Numbered from the stretch's first letter, positions 28,750 to 38,955 are shown. The stretch is DNA of 57,237 nucleotides from Patescibacteria group bacterium (GCA_038064635.1 JBBTSS010000007.1:9163-66399); one strand, 5' to 3'. Notes: generated from the letters alone by a model not told the origin. Numbers and translations are program-made.

Positions 28750-29664
28750 ATGTTATCAGCGATTTTCACAATTATAGGATTAGTACTTTTCGAGACGATA
28801 TCTTCAGTCGATAATGCAATCATCAATGCTGAAGTGCTTGGCACTATGGGCGCAAGAGCTCGAAGATGGTTTTTAACTTGGGGTATGTTTATCGCGGTTT
28901 TCTTGGTGCGTGGTCTTTTACCTTTTGCTATTATTTGGGCATTTAACAGTTCTCTTTCTCCTGGACAAGTTCTTTCTGCTGCATGGAGTTCTGATCCGCT
29001 TGTTCAAAAATCTATCCAAGAGTCTGCACCAATACTACTTGTAGCTGGAGGAGTATTTCTTTTATTTTTATTTTTACATTGGTTATTCCTTGAAGATAAA
29101 AGATTAGGCTTACCTCGTACTGAAAAGTTTTTTATGTCTAAAGGAGTTTGGTTTTATGCTACTGTTTCAATACTCCTAGCCGTCATTTCTTGGTTTGCAC
29201 TTAAAGAAAGTACTTTGATGGGCTTTGGTGCTATTGTTGGATCTTCTTTATTTTTTATTACTCATGGATTCAAACAAAATGCTGAAGAACAAGAAAAAAA
29301 GCTTTTAGGAAGTGCCCAGTCTGATCTTTCTAAGCTTTTCTTTTTAGAAATAATTGATACTACATTTTCCATAGACGGAGTCTTGGGTGCTTTTGCTTTT
29401 ACTCTTTCAGTCCCACTTATTTTAATAGGTAATGGCATCGGTGCTCTTGTTGTGCGAGAGCTTACTCTTCGAAACATAGAAAATATTAAGAGATATGTGT
29501 ATTTAAAAAACGGTGCAATGTATTCCATTCTTGTGCTTGGAGTTATTATGGTTTTGCATAGTTTTGGTTTTCATATTCCAGAATGGCTTTCCCCACTTAC
29601 TACTTTTATCATCATTGGTTATTTCTTTTGGAAGTCAAAGATCGAGCTTAGTCTGAGTAGATAA
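28750..29664 (+). CDS. TerC/DUF475-type integral membrane protein
   Basis: N-terminal ETISSVDNAIINAEVL and a second repeat EIIDTTFSIDGVLGAFA. About 8 TM segments. Confidence 0.7.
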   Translation: MLSAIFTIIGLVLFETISSVDNAIINAEVLGTMGARARRWFLTWGMFIAVFLVRGLLPFAIIWAFNSSLSPGQVLSAAWSSDPLVQKSIQESAPILLVAGGVFLLFLFLHWLFLEDKRLGLPRTEKFFMSKGVWFYATVSILLAVISWFALKESTLMGFGAIVGSSLFFITHGFKQNAEEQEKKLLGSAQSDLSKLFFLEIIDTTFSIDGVLGAFAFTLSVPLILIGNGIGALVVRELTLRNIENIKRYVYLKNGAMYSILVLGVIMVLHSFGFHIPEWLSPLTTFIIIGYFFWKSKIELSLSR

Positions 29665-29680
29665 ATTTAATAGTTATTAA

Positions 29681-29706
29681 AAAACTGGTTTTCCAGTTTT
29701 TTATCC
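29681..29706 (+). terminator. Intrinsic terminator
   Basis: Stem AAAACTGG/CCAGTTTT followed by TTAT. Confidence 0.6.
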
Positions 29707-29725
29707 GTAGTTAGATAAGAAAAAA

Positions 29726-31360
29726 ATGAAAGAACAAATCTTAAACAATATAAAAATTAATTTAAAATCAGGTATTACCGTATCACTTATTTCTATTCCT
29801 TTATCTGTGTCTTTGGCTGTGGCGTCCGATGCTACGCCCCTTATTGGTATTATTACCGCTATTTGGGCTGGGCTTATAGCTTCTTTATTTGGAGGAAGTA
29901 ATTTTAATATTGTTGGTCCGACAGGGGCGCTTTCTGGAATTATTGCTACTTATGTTATTTTACACGGAATTGGTGGACTACCTGTTCTTACTATCTTGGT
30001 AGGTTTATTTGTGCTTATTGCTTATTTTTTGAGGTTAGAAAAATACTTGATACTCATACCGTCTAGTGTTATTCATGGGTTTACTCTAGGTGTTGCTTTT
30101 ATTATTGGACTTGGACAATTAAACTTCGCTCTTGGTTTAGAGGGGCTCGTAAAACATGAAAGTTTTCTTTCCAATTTATTTGAATCAATAAAACACATAG
30201 GGAATACTTCTTTTGTGTCTTTGATTATATTTTTTATTTTCCTTTTAGGACTTCTTCTGTTTAAGAAGTTTACTCCTAAAATGCCTGGGGCTATTATTCT
30301 CGCACCAGTTGGAATTTTACTTGGGTACTTAAGTCAGGCAAATATAATACCTTTTGCTGTGCAAACCTTAGGTGGAAAATTTGGAGATATAAATTTTAGC
30401 TTCTTTTTAAAACCTCATTTTGAATTTTCTTTTTATATGTTGGAGACTGCTGCGGTCATAGCTCTCATTGCGATACTAGAAACAATGCTTTCAGCAAAGA
30501 TCGCTGACGGAATGACAAAGACTAAATACAATGAAAGAAAAGAAATGCTTGGACTTGGACTTGCAAATATCGTTTCTGGTATTGTGGGCGGTATGCCTGC
30601 AACTGCAGCACTTGCTCGGACGTCGCTTAATATTAAAACTGGAGCGAATCATAAAACTTCAGGAGTCATAAGTGTGGTGAGTATTGCTCTCATTTCAGCG
30701 TTGTTACTCGGATATTTTAAATATATTCCACTTGCAGTGATAGCTGCTATTTTAGTTGTAGTAGCTATGGGCATGATAGAGAGAGAGCACTATGAGAAGT
30801 TATGGAAATATGAAAAGAATGGTTTTTATATATCTCTTTTTGTTGCTTTTATTACAGTGATTGTAGATCCAATTTATGGAATTTTATTAGGTGTTTCTGT
30901 TGCCTTACTTATTTTTATTAACAGAATTTCTCATGGGCATTTTGAATTAAGGGTAAATAAATTTCAAGAAGGGATAATAGATTCAGATTCTGGTACAAAA
31001 CTGAAAGAAATAGAAGAAGACGCTGATGTTTTACTCTATTCTTTTAGAGGTAAACTTTGTTATATAAATAGCAGAGCACACTTGAAACGTTTTGAAGAAA
31101 ATCTTGTAAAATACAAAGTGATTATTCTAAGATTCAGAGAAGTATATTTTATAGATACCGATGGCGTAGAAGCTTTAGATGAAATTATTGATATTATTGA
31201 AGGACGAGGTCAAAAAGTTATTCTGACCGGGGTAGACCAAAATGCAGTTGATTTATTAGAACAACTTTCTGTTGGATACAAACGCCTTAGGTTTAAAGGT
31301 TTAGTTTTCGAAAAAGCAGAACAGGCATTAAAATCTCTGGGTATACCAACTCGTAAGTAA
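29726..31360 (+). CDS. SulP family anion transporter with C-terminal STAS domain
   Basis: 544 aa polytopic protein. The STAS-like tail contains VLLYSFRGKLCYINS...FIDTDGVEALDEI. Confidence 0.88.
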   Translation: MKEQILNNIKINLKSGITVSLISIPLSVSLAVASDATPLIGIITAIWAGLIASLFGGSNFNIVGPTGALSGIIATYVILHGIGGLPVLTILVGLFVLIAYFLRLEKYLILIPSSVIHGFTLGVAFIIGLGQLNFALGLEGLVKHESFLSNLFESIKHIGNTSFVSLIIFFIFLLGLLLFKKFTPKMPGAIILAPVGILLGYLSQANIIPFAVQTLGGKFGDINFSFFLKPHFEFSFYMLETAAVIALIAILETMLSAKIADGMTKTKYNERKEMLGLGLANIVSGIVGGMPATAALARTSLNIKTGANHKTSGVISVVSIALISALLLGYFKYIPLAVIAAILVVVAMGMIEREHYEKLWKYEKNGFYISLFVAFITVIVDPIYGILLGVSVALLIFINRISHGHFELRVNKFQEGIIDSDSGTKLKEIEEDADVLLYSFRGKLCYINSRAHLKRFEENLVKYKVIILRFREVYFIDTDGVEALDEIIDIIEGRGQKVILTGVDQNAVDLLEQLSVGYKRLRFKGLVFEKAEQALKSLGIPTRK

Positions 31361-31364
31361 GAGG

Positions 31365-31370
31365 TATAAT
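31365..31370 (+). promoter_or_regulatory. -10 box TATAAT abutting the start codon
   Basis: Ends 6 nt before ATG 31377. Confidence 0.45.
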
Positions 31371-31376
31371 GTGTCC

Positions 31377-34358
31377 ATGTCCGAAACATTATTTGATATA
31401 CAATATAAAAAGTTAAATCTAGCTCAAAAAGATGCAGTAGACTCTACTGAAGGTCCTGTTATGGTAGTAGCGGGTCCTGGAACAGGGAAGACTCAAATAT
31501 TAGCACTGCGTATAGGAAATATTTTAAATAAAACAGACAACAAGGCTGATAGTATTTTGTGTTTAACTTTTACAAATTCTGGAGTCAAAGCTATGAAAGA
31601 AAGACTTCGAGCATATATAGGCTCTGAAGCAGGGAAGGTACACGTGTCTACTTTTCATAGTTTTGGTATGAATATTGTAGAAAAATATTTTAGTGTACTT
31701 GGACTCGATGAGATGCCGAAGCTTATGGACGAGAAAGATTCTATTGCAATTTCTGATTCAATTCTACAAGACAATACTTGGGAATATTTAAAACCAAGGT
31801 CGGACAATTCTAGATATTTTAGTGATTTAAAATCTTTAATTTCTTTTTTAAAAAGGGAGCGTATTAAACCAACAGATTTTGAAAAGTTATTACAAGACGA
31901 AATAAAAAATGTTAAAAGTGACCCAGATAGTATTTCTACTAGGGGGGAAAGCAAAGGTAAACTCAAAAAAGAAATAGAAAAAAAAATAGAAGGGCTTGAG
32001 CGTACAGGTGAGGCGATGCGTTTTTATGAATTTTATGAACAGGTTAAAAATGAAAAGAACTTTTTTGATTATGATGATGTTTTAGAAAACTTAGTGAAAA
32101 TAGTTGAAGAGTCGGAGGACGCAGCGGCTTTTATAAGAGAGAACTATCAATATATTTTAATAGACGAACATCAGGATTCTAGTGGTGTGCAAAATGAATT
32201 TTTACAAAAAGTATGGGGTGAAGTAGAGAATCCAAATATTTTTGTAGTGGGGGATGATCGACAGCTTATCTATGGATTTGGCGGAGCTTCACTTCAGTAT
32301 TTTGAGAATTTTAAACATGCTTTTGGAAAAGCTAAGTTAATAATGCTCACGGAAAATTATCGCTCCACTCAAGGTATTCTAGACTCGGCGCATGAATTAT
32401 TACAGAGTTCTATAAGTAAAGAAAAATTAAAAAGTAATAGTAAAGAAAACCACCCATTAAATTTAATAGAAGCAAATTATGAAAGAGACGAAATAATCCT
32501 TGCAGGTTTGGAAATTCAGAAAAAAGTAAAAAATGGTATGAGCGAGAACGATATAGCTATTTTAGTTCCTAAAAACAGACACGTGCGCAGTGCAATGACT
32601 ATCTTAAAAGATATGGGTATAAGCGTGGCAACAGGTGAAAAGGTGAATTTCTTTGATTCACCGATAGCTTTGAGTCTTATTAGAATTTTAAATATTCTAG
32701 CAAACCCTGCGGACGGTTCAGCTTTGGCAGAGTCTTTCTTTGATCCACTTACAAATATAACTCCAATAGAAGCTCATAAATTTGTCAGAGATAATAACAT
32801 GCGTCAATTTTCTTTTTTGGACGCAATGGAGGAAGAAAACAGAACTCTTTTTAGAGAAGAAAATTCGGTTAAAAATTGGATTGCAAAATTGAAAAGTTGG
32901 TTTGTTCTTACGAATGAAAATAGTCTTTATCCTTTCATTCAGAAAGTGTCAGGAGAATTTTTGTTAGATGGAGCTGTGAGTCATGAGGATTTGGTGACTA
33001 GGATAGAAGTGGTTCGTACGGTACTTCATTTAGTATTAGCTCAAATAGAAAAGAACCCAAAAATTACGTTAAAAGAATTTCTAGATTTCATAAAAAGATT
33101 AGAGGAATATGGTCAAAATATACCTTTAGCTTCTTTTGATGCTTCCTCTGGAGTGAAAGTACTAACTTTGCATGGTTCAAAAGGTTTAGAATTTGATTTT
33201 GTTTGGATTGCTCACATGGATGAAAAGTCCCTTGCTGGTGGACGGAAAGGTGGGTTTACTCTACCTGAAAGCGTGTCTGATAAAATGGAAGAGAGAGATG
33301 AAGAAGTAATAAAAAGAGAGCTTTATGTTGCTATAACTCGAGCGAAAAGGTTTTGCACTATCTCTTACTCTACTCATTCATATACTGGTGGAGATAGGAC
33401 TTTGTCAGATGTTGTTCTTAATTTAGAAAATAATTTTACAAAACAAAATGCTGATGACACAGAGAAGATAATTCTTGACCATGGACCGAAGGCTTATGTT
33501 GAAAATAAAATAGTTACAAAAGAAAAGTTGAATTTAGAAGAATTAAAAAAACTTGTAGCAAAGGACTATGAAGACCGGAAGGTGTCTGTTTCGCTTTTAA
33601 ATAATTTTTTCGAGTGTCCATGGAAATGGTACTTTAGAAATTTACTTCAGCTTCCTGAACCAAAGGCAGAAAGTTTGGAATTTGGGAATATTGTTCACGG
33701 AGCAATAGATAATATCTTGAAATTGAATACTGTTAAAGTCAGTGCTGAGGAAATAAAAAGTATTATAGGTAAACTCGTGTTGAAGTCAGGATTTGGAGAT
33801 GAAAGAAAACAAAAAGAATTAGAACATGATGCATTTAAAATAGTTTCAGTATGGGTAGAGGAAAGACTACCTAAGATAGAAAAAGACAGAGAAAACGAAA
33901 AAAGTGTTGCTTTGACTGATGACAGGTTTCCTCATCTCAATATTTACGGCAAGATAGACTTGGTAGAAATAATAGGAAAAGAAAGTGTTCGAGTTACCGA
34001 CTTTAAGACTGGCACACCAAGGAAGAAAAGTGAAATAGAGAAAAATGATGAAGAGGGTCGTATGAGCGATTATATGCGTCAACTTTCAATGTATTCATAT
34101 CTTCTTGGTGAAAACTCTAAATGGAAAAAAGAAGTGGCAGAGTCACAGCTTGAATTCGTACAAGCAAAGAATGAGAAGGAAATGTTTTACGGTACCTATA
34201 TAGACAGGGAGCATATAGACTTACTGATCCGGGACATCACAGACTATGACAACCTCCTAAAAAATGGTAATTGGACCGACCGACCTTGCAACTTCAAATC
34301 CTACGGCAAACAAAATACCGAGTGTGAGTATTGCAAGATGTCCAAAATTTACCAATAA
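31377..34358 (+). CDS. UvrD/PcrA-type helicase fused to a C-terminal PD-(D/E)XK nuclease with a Cys cluster (AddB/Cas4-like)
   Basis: Walker A AGPGTGKT, DEHQDS, and TLHGSKGLEFD. The C-terminus has CPWKWYF...DLVE...DFKTG...Y..QL..Y plus C-x12-C-x2-C. Confidence 0.88.
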   Translation: MSETLFDIQYKKLNLAQKDAVDSTEGPVMVVAGPGTGKTQILALRIGNILNKTDNKADSILCLTFTNSGVKAMKERLRAYIGSEAGKVHVSTFHSFGMNIVEKYFSVLGLDEMPKLMDEKDSIAISDSILQDNTWEYLKPRSDNSRYFSDLKSLISFLKRERIKPTDFEKLLQDEIKNVKSDPDSISTRGESKGKLKKEIEKKIEGLERTGEAMRFYEFYEQVKNEKNFFDYDDVLENLVKIVEESEDAAAFIRENYQYILIDEHQDSSGVQNEFLQKVWGEVENPNIFVVGDDRQLIYGFGGASLQYFENFKHAFGKAKLIMLTENYRSTQGILDSAHELLQSSISKEKLKSNSKENHPLNLIEANYERDEIILAGLEIQKKVKNGMSENDIAILVPKNRHVRSAMTILKDMGISVATGEKVNFFDSPIALSLIRILNILANPADGSALAESFFDPLTNITPIEAHKFVRDNNMRQFSFLDAMEEENRTLFREENSVKNWIAKLKSWFVLTNENSLYPFIQKVSGEFLLDGAVSHEDLVTRIEVVRTVLHLVLAQIEKNPKITLKEFLDFIKRLEEYGQNIPLASFDASSGVKVLTLHGSKGLEFDFVWIAHMDEKSLAGGRKGGFTLPESVSDKMEERDEEVIKRELYVAITRAKRFCTISYSTHSYTGGDRTLSDVVLNLENNFTKQNADDTEKIILDHGPKAYVENKIVTKEKLNLEELKKLVAKDYEDRKVSVSLLNNFFECPWKWYFRNLLQLPEPKAESLEFGNIVHGAIDNILKLNTVKVSAEEIKSIIGKLVLKSGFGDERKQKELEHDAFKIVSVWVEERLPKIEKDRENEKSVALTDDRFPHLNIYGKIDLVEIIGKESVRVTDFKTGTPRKKSEIEKNDEEGRMSDYMRQLSMYSYLLGENSKWKKEVAESQLEFVQAKNEKEMFYGTYIDREHIDLLIRDITDYDNLLKNGNWTDRPCNFKSYGKQNTECEYCKMSKIYQ

Positions 34359-34360
34359 TT

Positions 34361-34399
34361 CTCCGCTAGGCAAGACCTAGCGGAGAGAGGTTGCTTTTT
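34361..34399 (+). terminator. GC-rich hairpin after the helicase gene
   Basis: Perfect 10-bp stem CTCCGCTAGG/CCTAGCGGAG with loop CAAGA. A T-run lies 9 nt downstream. Confidence 0.5.
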
Positions 34400-34455
34400 G
34401 GCGGATTGAAGAGTAGTCTTTAGTTAAATAAAAACTTCTTTAAATTTTCTGTATT

Positions 34456-34680
34456 ATGAAAAAATACTTCACTAATTGTCAGTTGGAGGGGACTCCACAG
34501 GCAAAAGTCACATCCGTATTAAAAAATGGTGCATGTACCGCAACAGTTATATCGGGTAAAGATACTGGACTCGATAAAGTTATGTTTACTGCAGATATCT
34601 CTAGTTTGCCAAAGCGTGGTGATATTATTATTTTACAATCCATCCAAAGAACTGGAGGTGGCGGAAGCGGACTCTTTTGA
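34456..34680 (+). CDS. Hypothetical small protein (74 aa)
   Basis: ORF only, with a Gly-rich C-terminus. Confidence 0.4.
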   Translation: MKKYFTNCQLEGTPQAKVTSVLKNGACTATVISGKDTGLDKVMFTADISSLPKRGDIIILQSIQRTGGGGSGLF

Positions 34681-34738
34681 AAAACCAAAAATTTATGAAA
34701 ACTAAAGATGCTTGGAATAATAACTAAGCATTTTTTTC

Positions 34739-34767
34739 TTGCAATTTAAGCCTTACAAAGGTATATT
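34739..34767 (+). promoter_or_regulatory. Sigma-70-type promoter TTGCAA-17-TATATT
   Basis: -35 at 34739-34744 and -10 at 34762-34767, upstream of trhO. Confidence 0.55.
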
Positions 34768-34799
34768 TTTCATATAGGAGGTTTTTAGGGTTAATATGT

Positions 34800-35819
34800 A
34801 TGCATAAAAAGGTTAATTTAAAATCAAAAGAAGAATTGCAGAAAGATTTAAAGAAAGAGAACTTTCGTCGTAAAACCGTGTCTTTTTATCGGTATGTAAA
34901 AATAGAAAATCCAAAAGAGATGAGGGATTTTCTATTTGATAAATTAAATGAGCTCCAATGTCTTGGCAGGATATATGTGGCTCCCGAAGGTATTAATGCT
35001 CAGATGAATGTCCCAGAACATAATTGGTCTTCTTTTGATTCTTTTATCCAGGGGATCTCAGAATTTAAAGATGTGCCTTATAAAGTAGCAGTAGAAGAAA
35101 AAAATACATCAAGTTTCTTGAAACTTATCATAAAAGTTCGCCCAAAAATTGTGGCAGATGGACTGGACGATAGTTCTTTTGACCCGTCTGATACCGGAGA
35201 ATATGCTACTGCAGAAGATGTAAACAAAATGATTGACCGTGGTGTGACCGTGATAGATATGCGCAATATGTATGAGGCTGCTATAGGGCATTTTGAAAAT
35301 GCAAAGCTTATGGATGTGGATACTTTTAGAGAACAATTAGATAAGGTTACAGATATGTTTAAGGATAACAAAGATGAAGAAGTTCTCCTTTATTGTACTG
35401 GAGGTATCAGGTGTGAAAAGGCTTCAGCTTGGATGAAACATAATGGATTTAAGAATATAAAACATATAAAAGGGGGCATAATTGATTATGCTCATCAGGT
35501 AAAAGAAAAAGGTTTACAAAATAAGTTTAAGGGTAAAAATTTTGTCTTTGATGAAAGAATGGGAGAGAAGATAGGGGATGAAATAATTGCATTTTGCCAA
35601 GTCTGTGAAAAAACAAAATGCGATGATTACACTCACTGTAAAAACACTTCTTGCCATATACTTTTTATATGTTGTGATAATTGTAAAAATAAACTAAATG
35701 GCTATTGTGGTAAAATATGTAATATCTGCGATAAATTCCCGAAAAAAATCAATCAATTTTTTATAGGTCCAAACAAACAAAAACACCAAAATCAATTCAA
35801 GAAGAATTATAAAAGATAA
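34800..35819 (+). CDS. trhO: Rhodanese-domain tRNA uridine(34) hydroxylase (UPF0176/YceA family) with a Cys-rich C-terminus
   Basis: VSFYRYVKIENP..., GRIYVAPEGINAQ, and the rhodanese active-site loop YCTGGIRCE. Confidence 0.85.
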   Translation: MHKKVNLKSKEELQKDLKKENFRRKTVSFYRYVKIENPKEMRDFLFDKLNELQCLGRIYVAPEGINAQMNVPEHNWSSFDSFIQGISEFKDVPYKVAVEEKNTSSFLKLIIKVRPKIVADGLDDSSFDPSDTGEYATAEDVNKMIDRGVTVIDMRNMYEAAIGHFENAKLMDVDTFREQLDKVTDMFKDNKDEEVLLYCTGGIRCEKASAWMKHNGFKNIKHIKGGIIDYAHQVKEKGLQNKFKGKNFVFDERMGEKIGDEIIAFCQVCEKTKCDDYTHCKNTSCHILFICCDNCKNKLNGYCGKICNICDKFPKKINQFFIGPNKQKHQNQFKKNYKR

Positions 35820-35863
35820 AAATTTGGTATAATTAATATTATTAATTTAATTAATAAAAAAAT

Positions 35864-36115
35864 ATGGCAATTATAGAAATACATGGTAAAAAAGTGCACG
35901 TGGATGATGATAGTAAATCAGCTAAACATGCAGCTGACTATTTAAATAAGCTTGATAGTAGCGAAGCAAAGAATTTTTTTCATACAGCGGCCACTGATAG
36001 ATTTTCTCATTTCGAAACTCCTCGTCATGTAAGTGATACAAATTTACATCATGATATGACTTTGGAACACAAAGATGATGGAACATACAGTCTTAGAAAA
36101 AGAACTCATCACTAA
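35864..36115 (+). CDS. Hypothetical His-rich small protein (83 aa)
   Basis: ORF with TGGTATAAT at 35825-35833 upstream. Its stop lies 3 nt before pheS. Confidence 0.5.
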   Translation: MAIIEIHGKKVHVDDDSKSAKHAADYLNKLDSSEAKNFFHTAATDRFSHFETPRHVSDTNLHHDMTLEHKDDGTYSLRKRTHH

Positions 36116-36118
36116 TTA

Positions 36119-36844
36119 ATGCAAACAATAAACGAACAAAACCCTTCTAATAAAATGGGTACAGAACATCCATTAAACATTTTGGCGAGTGAAGCGTACA
36201 AGGTTTTTTCTGATTTAGGTTTTGAAGTAACTCTTGGGCCCGAGCTTGAAACTGAATGGTATAACTTTGATGCCTTAAATGTATCAAAAGATCATCCTGC
36301 TCGAGATATGCAAGATACTTTTTGGATAAAAGATAAACCTGGGTACGTACTTCGTACTCATACTACAAATGTCACGGCCCGTGCGATAGAACAAGCTGGT
36401 AAGGAAGGGCGTATTCCGTGTGCTTTTATTTCTATTGGAAAAGTTTTTAGAAATGAATCGACTGACGCTACTCATGAGATGCAATTTTTCCAGATAGATG
36501 GCACTATGGTAGGTGAGAATATCTCAATAGCAGAACTCAAAGGAGTACTTACCCATTTTTATAAAAAAATGTTAGGAGATGATGTCGAGATGGAATTCCG
36601 TCCGAGCTTCTTTCCTTTCGTTGAACCAGGTCTCGAGGTGTGGCTTAAATTTAGAGATAGATGGCTTGAAGTGATGGGTGCAGGAATGCTTCATCCAAAT
36701 GTAATACGAAACTTAGGACTTGATCCAGAGCGTGTTCAAGGTTTTGCTTTTGGTGGAGGGCTTGATCGTATAGCCATGGTTAAATGGAACGTACCTGATG
36801 TAAGACTTTTTTACCAAGGAGATTTGAGGCTTAATCAATTTTAG
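36119..36844 (+). CDS. pheS: Phenylalanine--tRNA ligase alpha subunit (short, catalytic core only)
   Basis: Class II motifs HPARDMQDTF, FRNE, FFPFVEPG and GAGMLHPNV. Confidence 0.93.
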   Translation: MQTINEQNPSNKMGTEHPLNILASEAYKVFSDLGFEVTLGPELETEWYNFDALNVSKDHPARDMQDTFWIKDKPGYVLRTHTTNVTARAIEQAGKEGRIPCAFISIGKVFRNESTDATHEMQFFQIDGTMVGENISIAELKGVLTHFYKKMLGDDVEMEFRPSFFPFVEPGLEVWLKFRDRWLEVMGAGMLHPNVIRNLGLDPERVQGFAFGGGLDRIAMVKWNVPDVRLFYQGDLRLNQF

Positions 36845-36857
36845 ATTTATTTAATTT

Positions 36858-38675
36858 ATGAAAATTTCGTATAACTGGCTTAAATGGTATATACCAGATT
36901 GTCCTTCTTCAGAAAAGATGTGGGATATTTTTACATATCATCTATGTGAAGTTGAATCAATTGAGCCTCTTGGAGAGGACGTTATTTTTGATATAAATAT
37001 TTTACCAAACAGAGCACATGATTTACTTTCACATCAAGGTATTGCACGAGAACTTGCTTCACTTTTAAATATTAAATATGTAGACCCAACAGAAAACTAC
37101 AAAATTCCAACCTCACAGAAAACAGAATTGAAGGTAAAAATTGAATCACAAAATTGCCGTAGGTATTCAGCTCGAATAGTTAGAAATATAAAAGTTGGTC
37201 CAAGTCCAGATTGGGTGGTAAAACATTTAGAATCAATTGGTCAGAGAAGTATAAATAATATAGTAGATGCGGCAAATTTGGTTATGTATGATTGTGGTCA
37301 ACCTATTCATGCTTTTGATTTAGATAAATTATCTGGTGTTATTACTGTAAGGGAGGCAAAAGAAGGTGAAGAGATAACGACGCTTGATAACAAACAGGTA
37401 AAATTAAAACCAGTTAACATGGTTATAGCAGATGATAAAAATGTTTTAGCTATCGCTGGAGTAAAAGGAGGTAAAGTCGCTGAAGTAGATGAAAATACAA
37501 AAAATATTGTCATAGAGATAGCAAATTTTGACCCTGTCTCTGTGCGTAAAACTGCGCGAGGTATAAATATTTTTACGGATGCAGCTAAAAGATTTGAGAA
37601 TGATCTATCGGCTACTTTATGTGATTATGCCATGCGAGAGTTGTGTGGACTTTTTGTAGAATACGGATTTACAGGTTTTGAAGATGTTGTAGATATGTAT
37701 CCTGTAAAACAAGAAGAACATAAACTTTCTTTTTCCATAAAAAGAATAGCGAACATTCTAGGAAGAGAAGTTCCAAAAGAAGAAGTTTTAGATATCTTGA
37801 AAAGGTATAATTTTTATTTTGAAGATAAAGATGATGAAATCATAATAGATGTCCCACCTATGCGACTTGATCTAAATATTCCAGAAGATATGGCAGAAGA
37901 AATAGGTAGAATAGCAGGATATGACAAAGTTGTAGGCAAACTCCCTTCGCCGTCTGTTTTCAAAAGGGTAGTTAATGATAGACATGCAAAAGTAGCTTGG
38001 GCTCGGAACCAACTTCTTTTAAATGGTTATTCAGAAGTTATGACATATTCTTTTGCTCCCAAAGGAGAGGTGAGTGTTCTAAAAAGTGCTGGAGATAAGA
38101 GCTGTTTGCGTACAAATTTATCTGATGGTCTAAAAGAAAGTGCTAAATTAAATAATTTAAATTCATCTTTACTAGGTATGACGCAAGTGAAACTCTTTGA
38201 AATAGGTTCTGTATTTAAAAAAGACGCAGAGGAAATACATGTTGCCTATGGAGATAATAAAAAAATAAACGAACTTGAACTCACCGAATTTTGTGATTTA
38301 TTCGCCCCAAAACTTGATGCTGAAGCCATGAATATGGACTTGCTTGTCAGTATGGCAAGTCGCGCAAAGCGCGTCATGCCGGATAAATTTACCATGTGGT
38401 CTTTGTATCCATTTATCACTCGAGACATTGCACTCTGGGTACCAGAAGGGCTTGATAGTACTGAAGTGCAAAAAGTAATAACAGAAAACATAAATGAACT
38501 TGTAGTTAAGGGCCCTGATTTATTTGATGCTTTCACAAAAGAGGGAAAAACTTCCTATGCTTTTCGTTTAGTTTTTCAATCTTTTGAAAAAACTTTGACC
38601 GACGAAGAAGTTAGTACCGTAATGCAGCAGGTAACAGATAATATAAATACACATACTGATTGGACTTTGCGATAA
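36858..38675 (+). CDS. pheT: Phenylalanine--tRNA ligase beta subunit (short form, no N-terminal OB/tRNA-binding domain)
   Basis: Starts with the B1-like MKISYNWLK. B3/4 (NNIVDAANLVMYDCGQPIHAFD), B5 and a C-terminal FDX-ACB-like domain. Confidence 0.9.
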   Translation: MKISYNWLKWYIPDCPSSEKMWDIFTYHLCEVESIEPLGEDVIFDINILPNRAHDLLSHQGIARELASLLNIKYVDPTENYKIPTSQKTELKVKIESQNCRRYSARIVRNIKVGPSPDWVVKHLESIGQRSINNIVDAANLVMYDCGQPIHAFDLDKLSGVITVREAKEGEEITTLDNKQVKLKPVNMVIADDKNVLAIAGVKGGKVAEVDENTKNIVIEIANFDPVSVRKTARGINIFTDAAKRFENDLSATLCDYAMRELCGLFVEYGFTGFEDVVDMYPVKQEEHKLSFSIKRIANILGREVPKEEVLDILKRYNFYFEDKDDEIIIDVPPMRLDLNIPEDMAEEIGRIAGYDKVVGKLPSPSVFKRVVNDRHAKVAWARNQLLLNGYSEVMTYSFAPKGEVSVLKSAGDKSCLRTNLSDGLKESAKLNNLNSSLLGMTQVKLFEIGSVFKKDAEEIHVAYGDNKKINELELTEFCDLFAPKLDAEAMNMDLLVSMASRAKRVMPDKFTMWSLYPFITRDIALWVPEGLDSTEVQKVITENINELVVKGPDLFDAFTKEGKTSYAFRLVFQSFEKTLTDEEVSTVMQQVTDNINTHTDWTLR

Positions 38676-38840
38676 AGCTTTTATTGCTTTTTTTGATATT
38701 TGTGTTAAATTGAAATTGTGAACAAAGATATAAGACAAACTAAAAACCTCAGTGAGATTCTGGTCTTTATTACCACCTCTTTTAATAGAAGGCTGATATT
38801 TGCGTTGTAGAAATAAACTCTAATTTAAACTAAAACTCAA

Positions 38841-38876
38841 AAACCAGCTTTCTATAAAGAAGCTGGTTTTTGTTTT
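38841..38876 (+). terminator. Intrinsic terminator with no annotated ORF directly upstream
   Basis: Stem AAACCAGCTT/AAGCTGGTTT followed by TTGTTTT. It lies 165 nt after the pheT stop. Confidence 0.7.
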
Positions 38877-38955
38877 GACTTTTCAGGTGTAAATTAGTTA
38901 ACCAGACTAACACCTTAAATTATATATAGTTCTTTGAAAAATAAATATCATTATC

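Noticed and set aside
34777-34811. TAGGAGGT followed by a 3-codon mini-ORF ATG-TAT-GCA-TAA that overlaps the trhO start, as a possible regulatory uORF.
   Set aside because: The SD-like element is 14-18 nt from either ATG, which is non-optimal spacing. The pattern is a single occurrence and easily coincidental in AT-rich sequence.
35864-36115. The 83-aa ORF immediately upstream of pheS as a pheM-like attenuation leader peptide.
   Set aside because: It is not enriched in Phe codons, is far longer than leader peptides, and has no terminator or antiterminator between it and pheS. It is retained only as a hypothetical His-rich protein.
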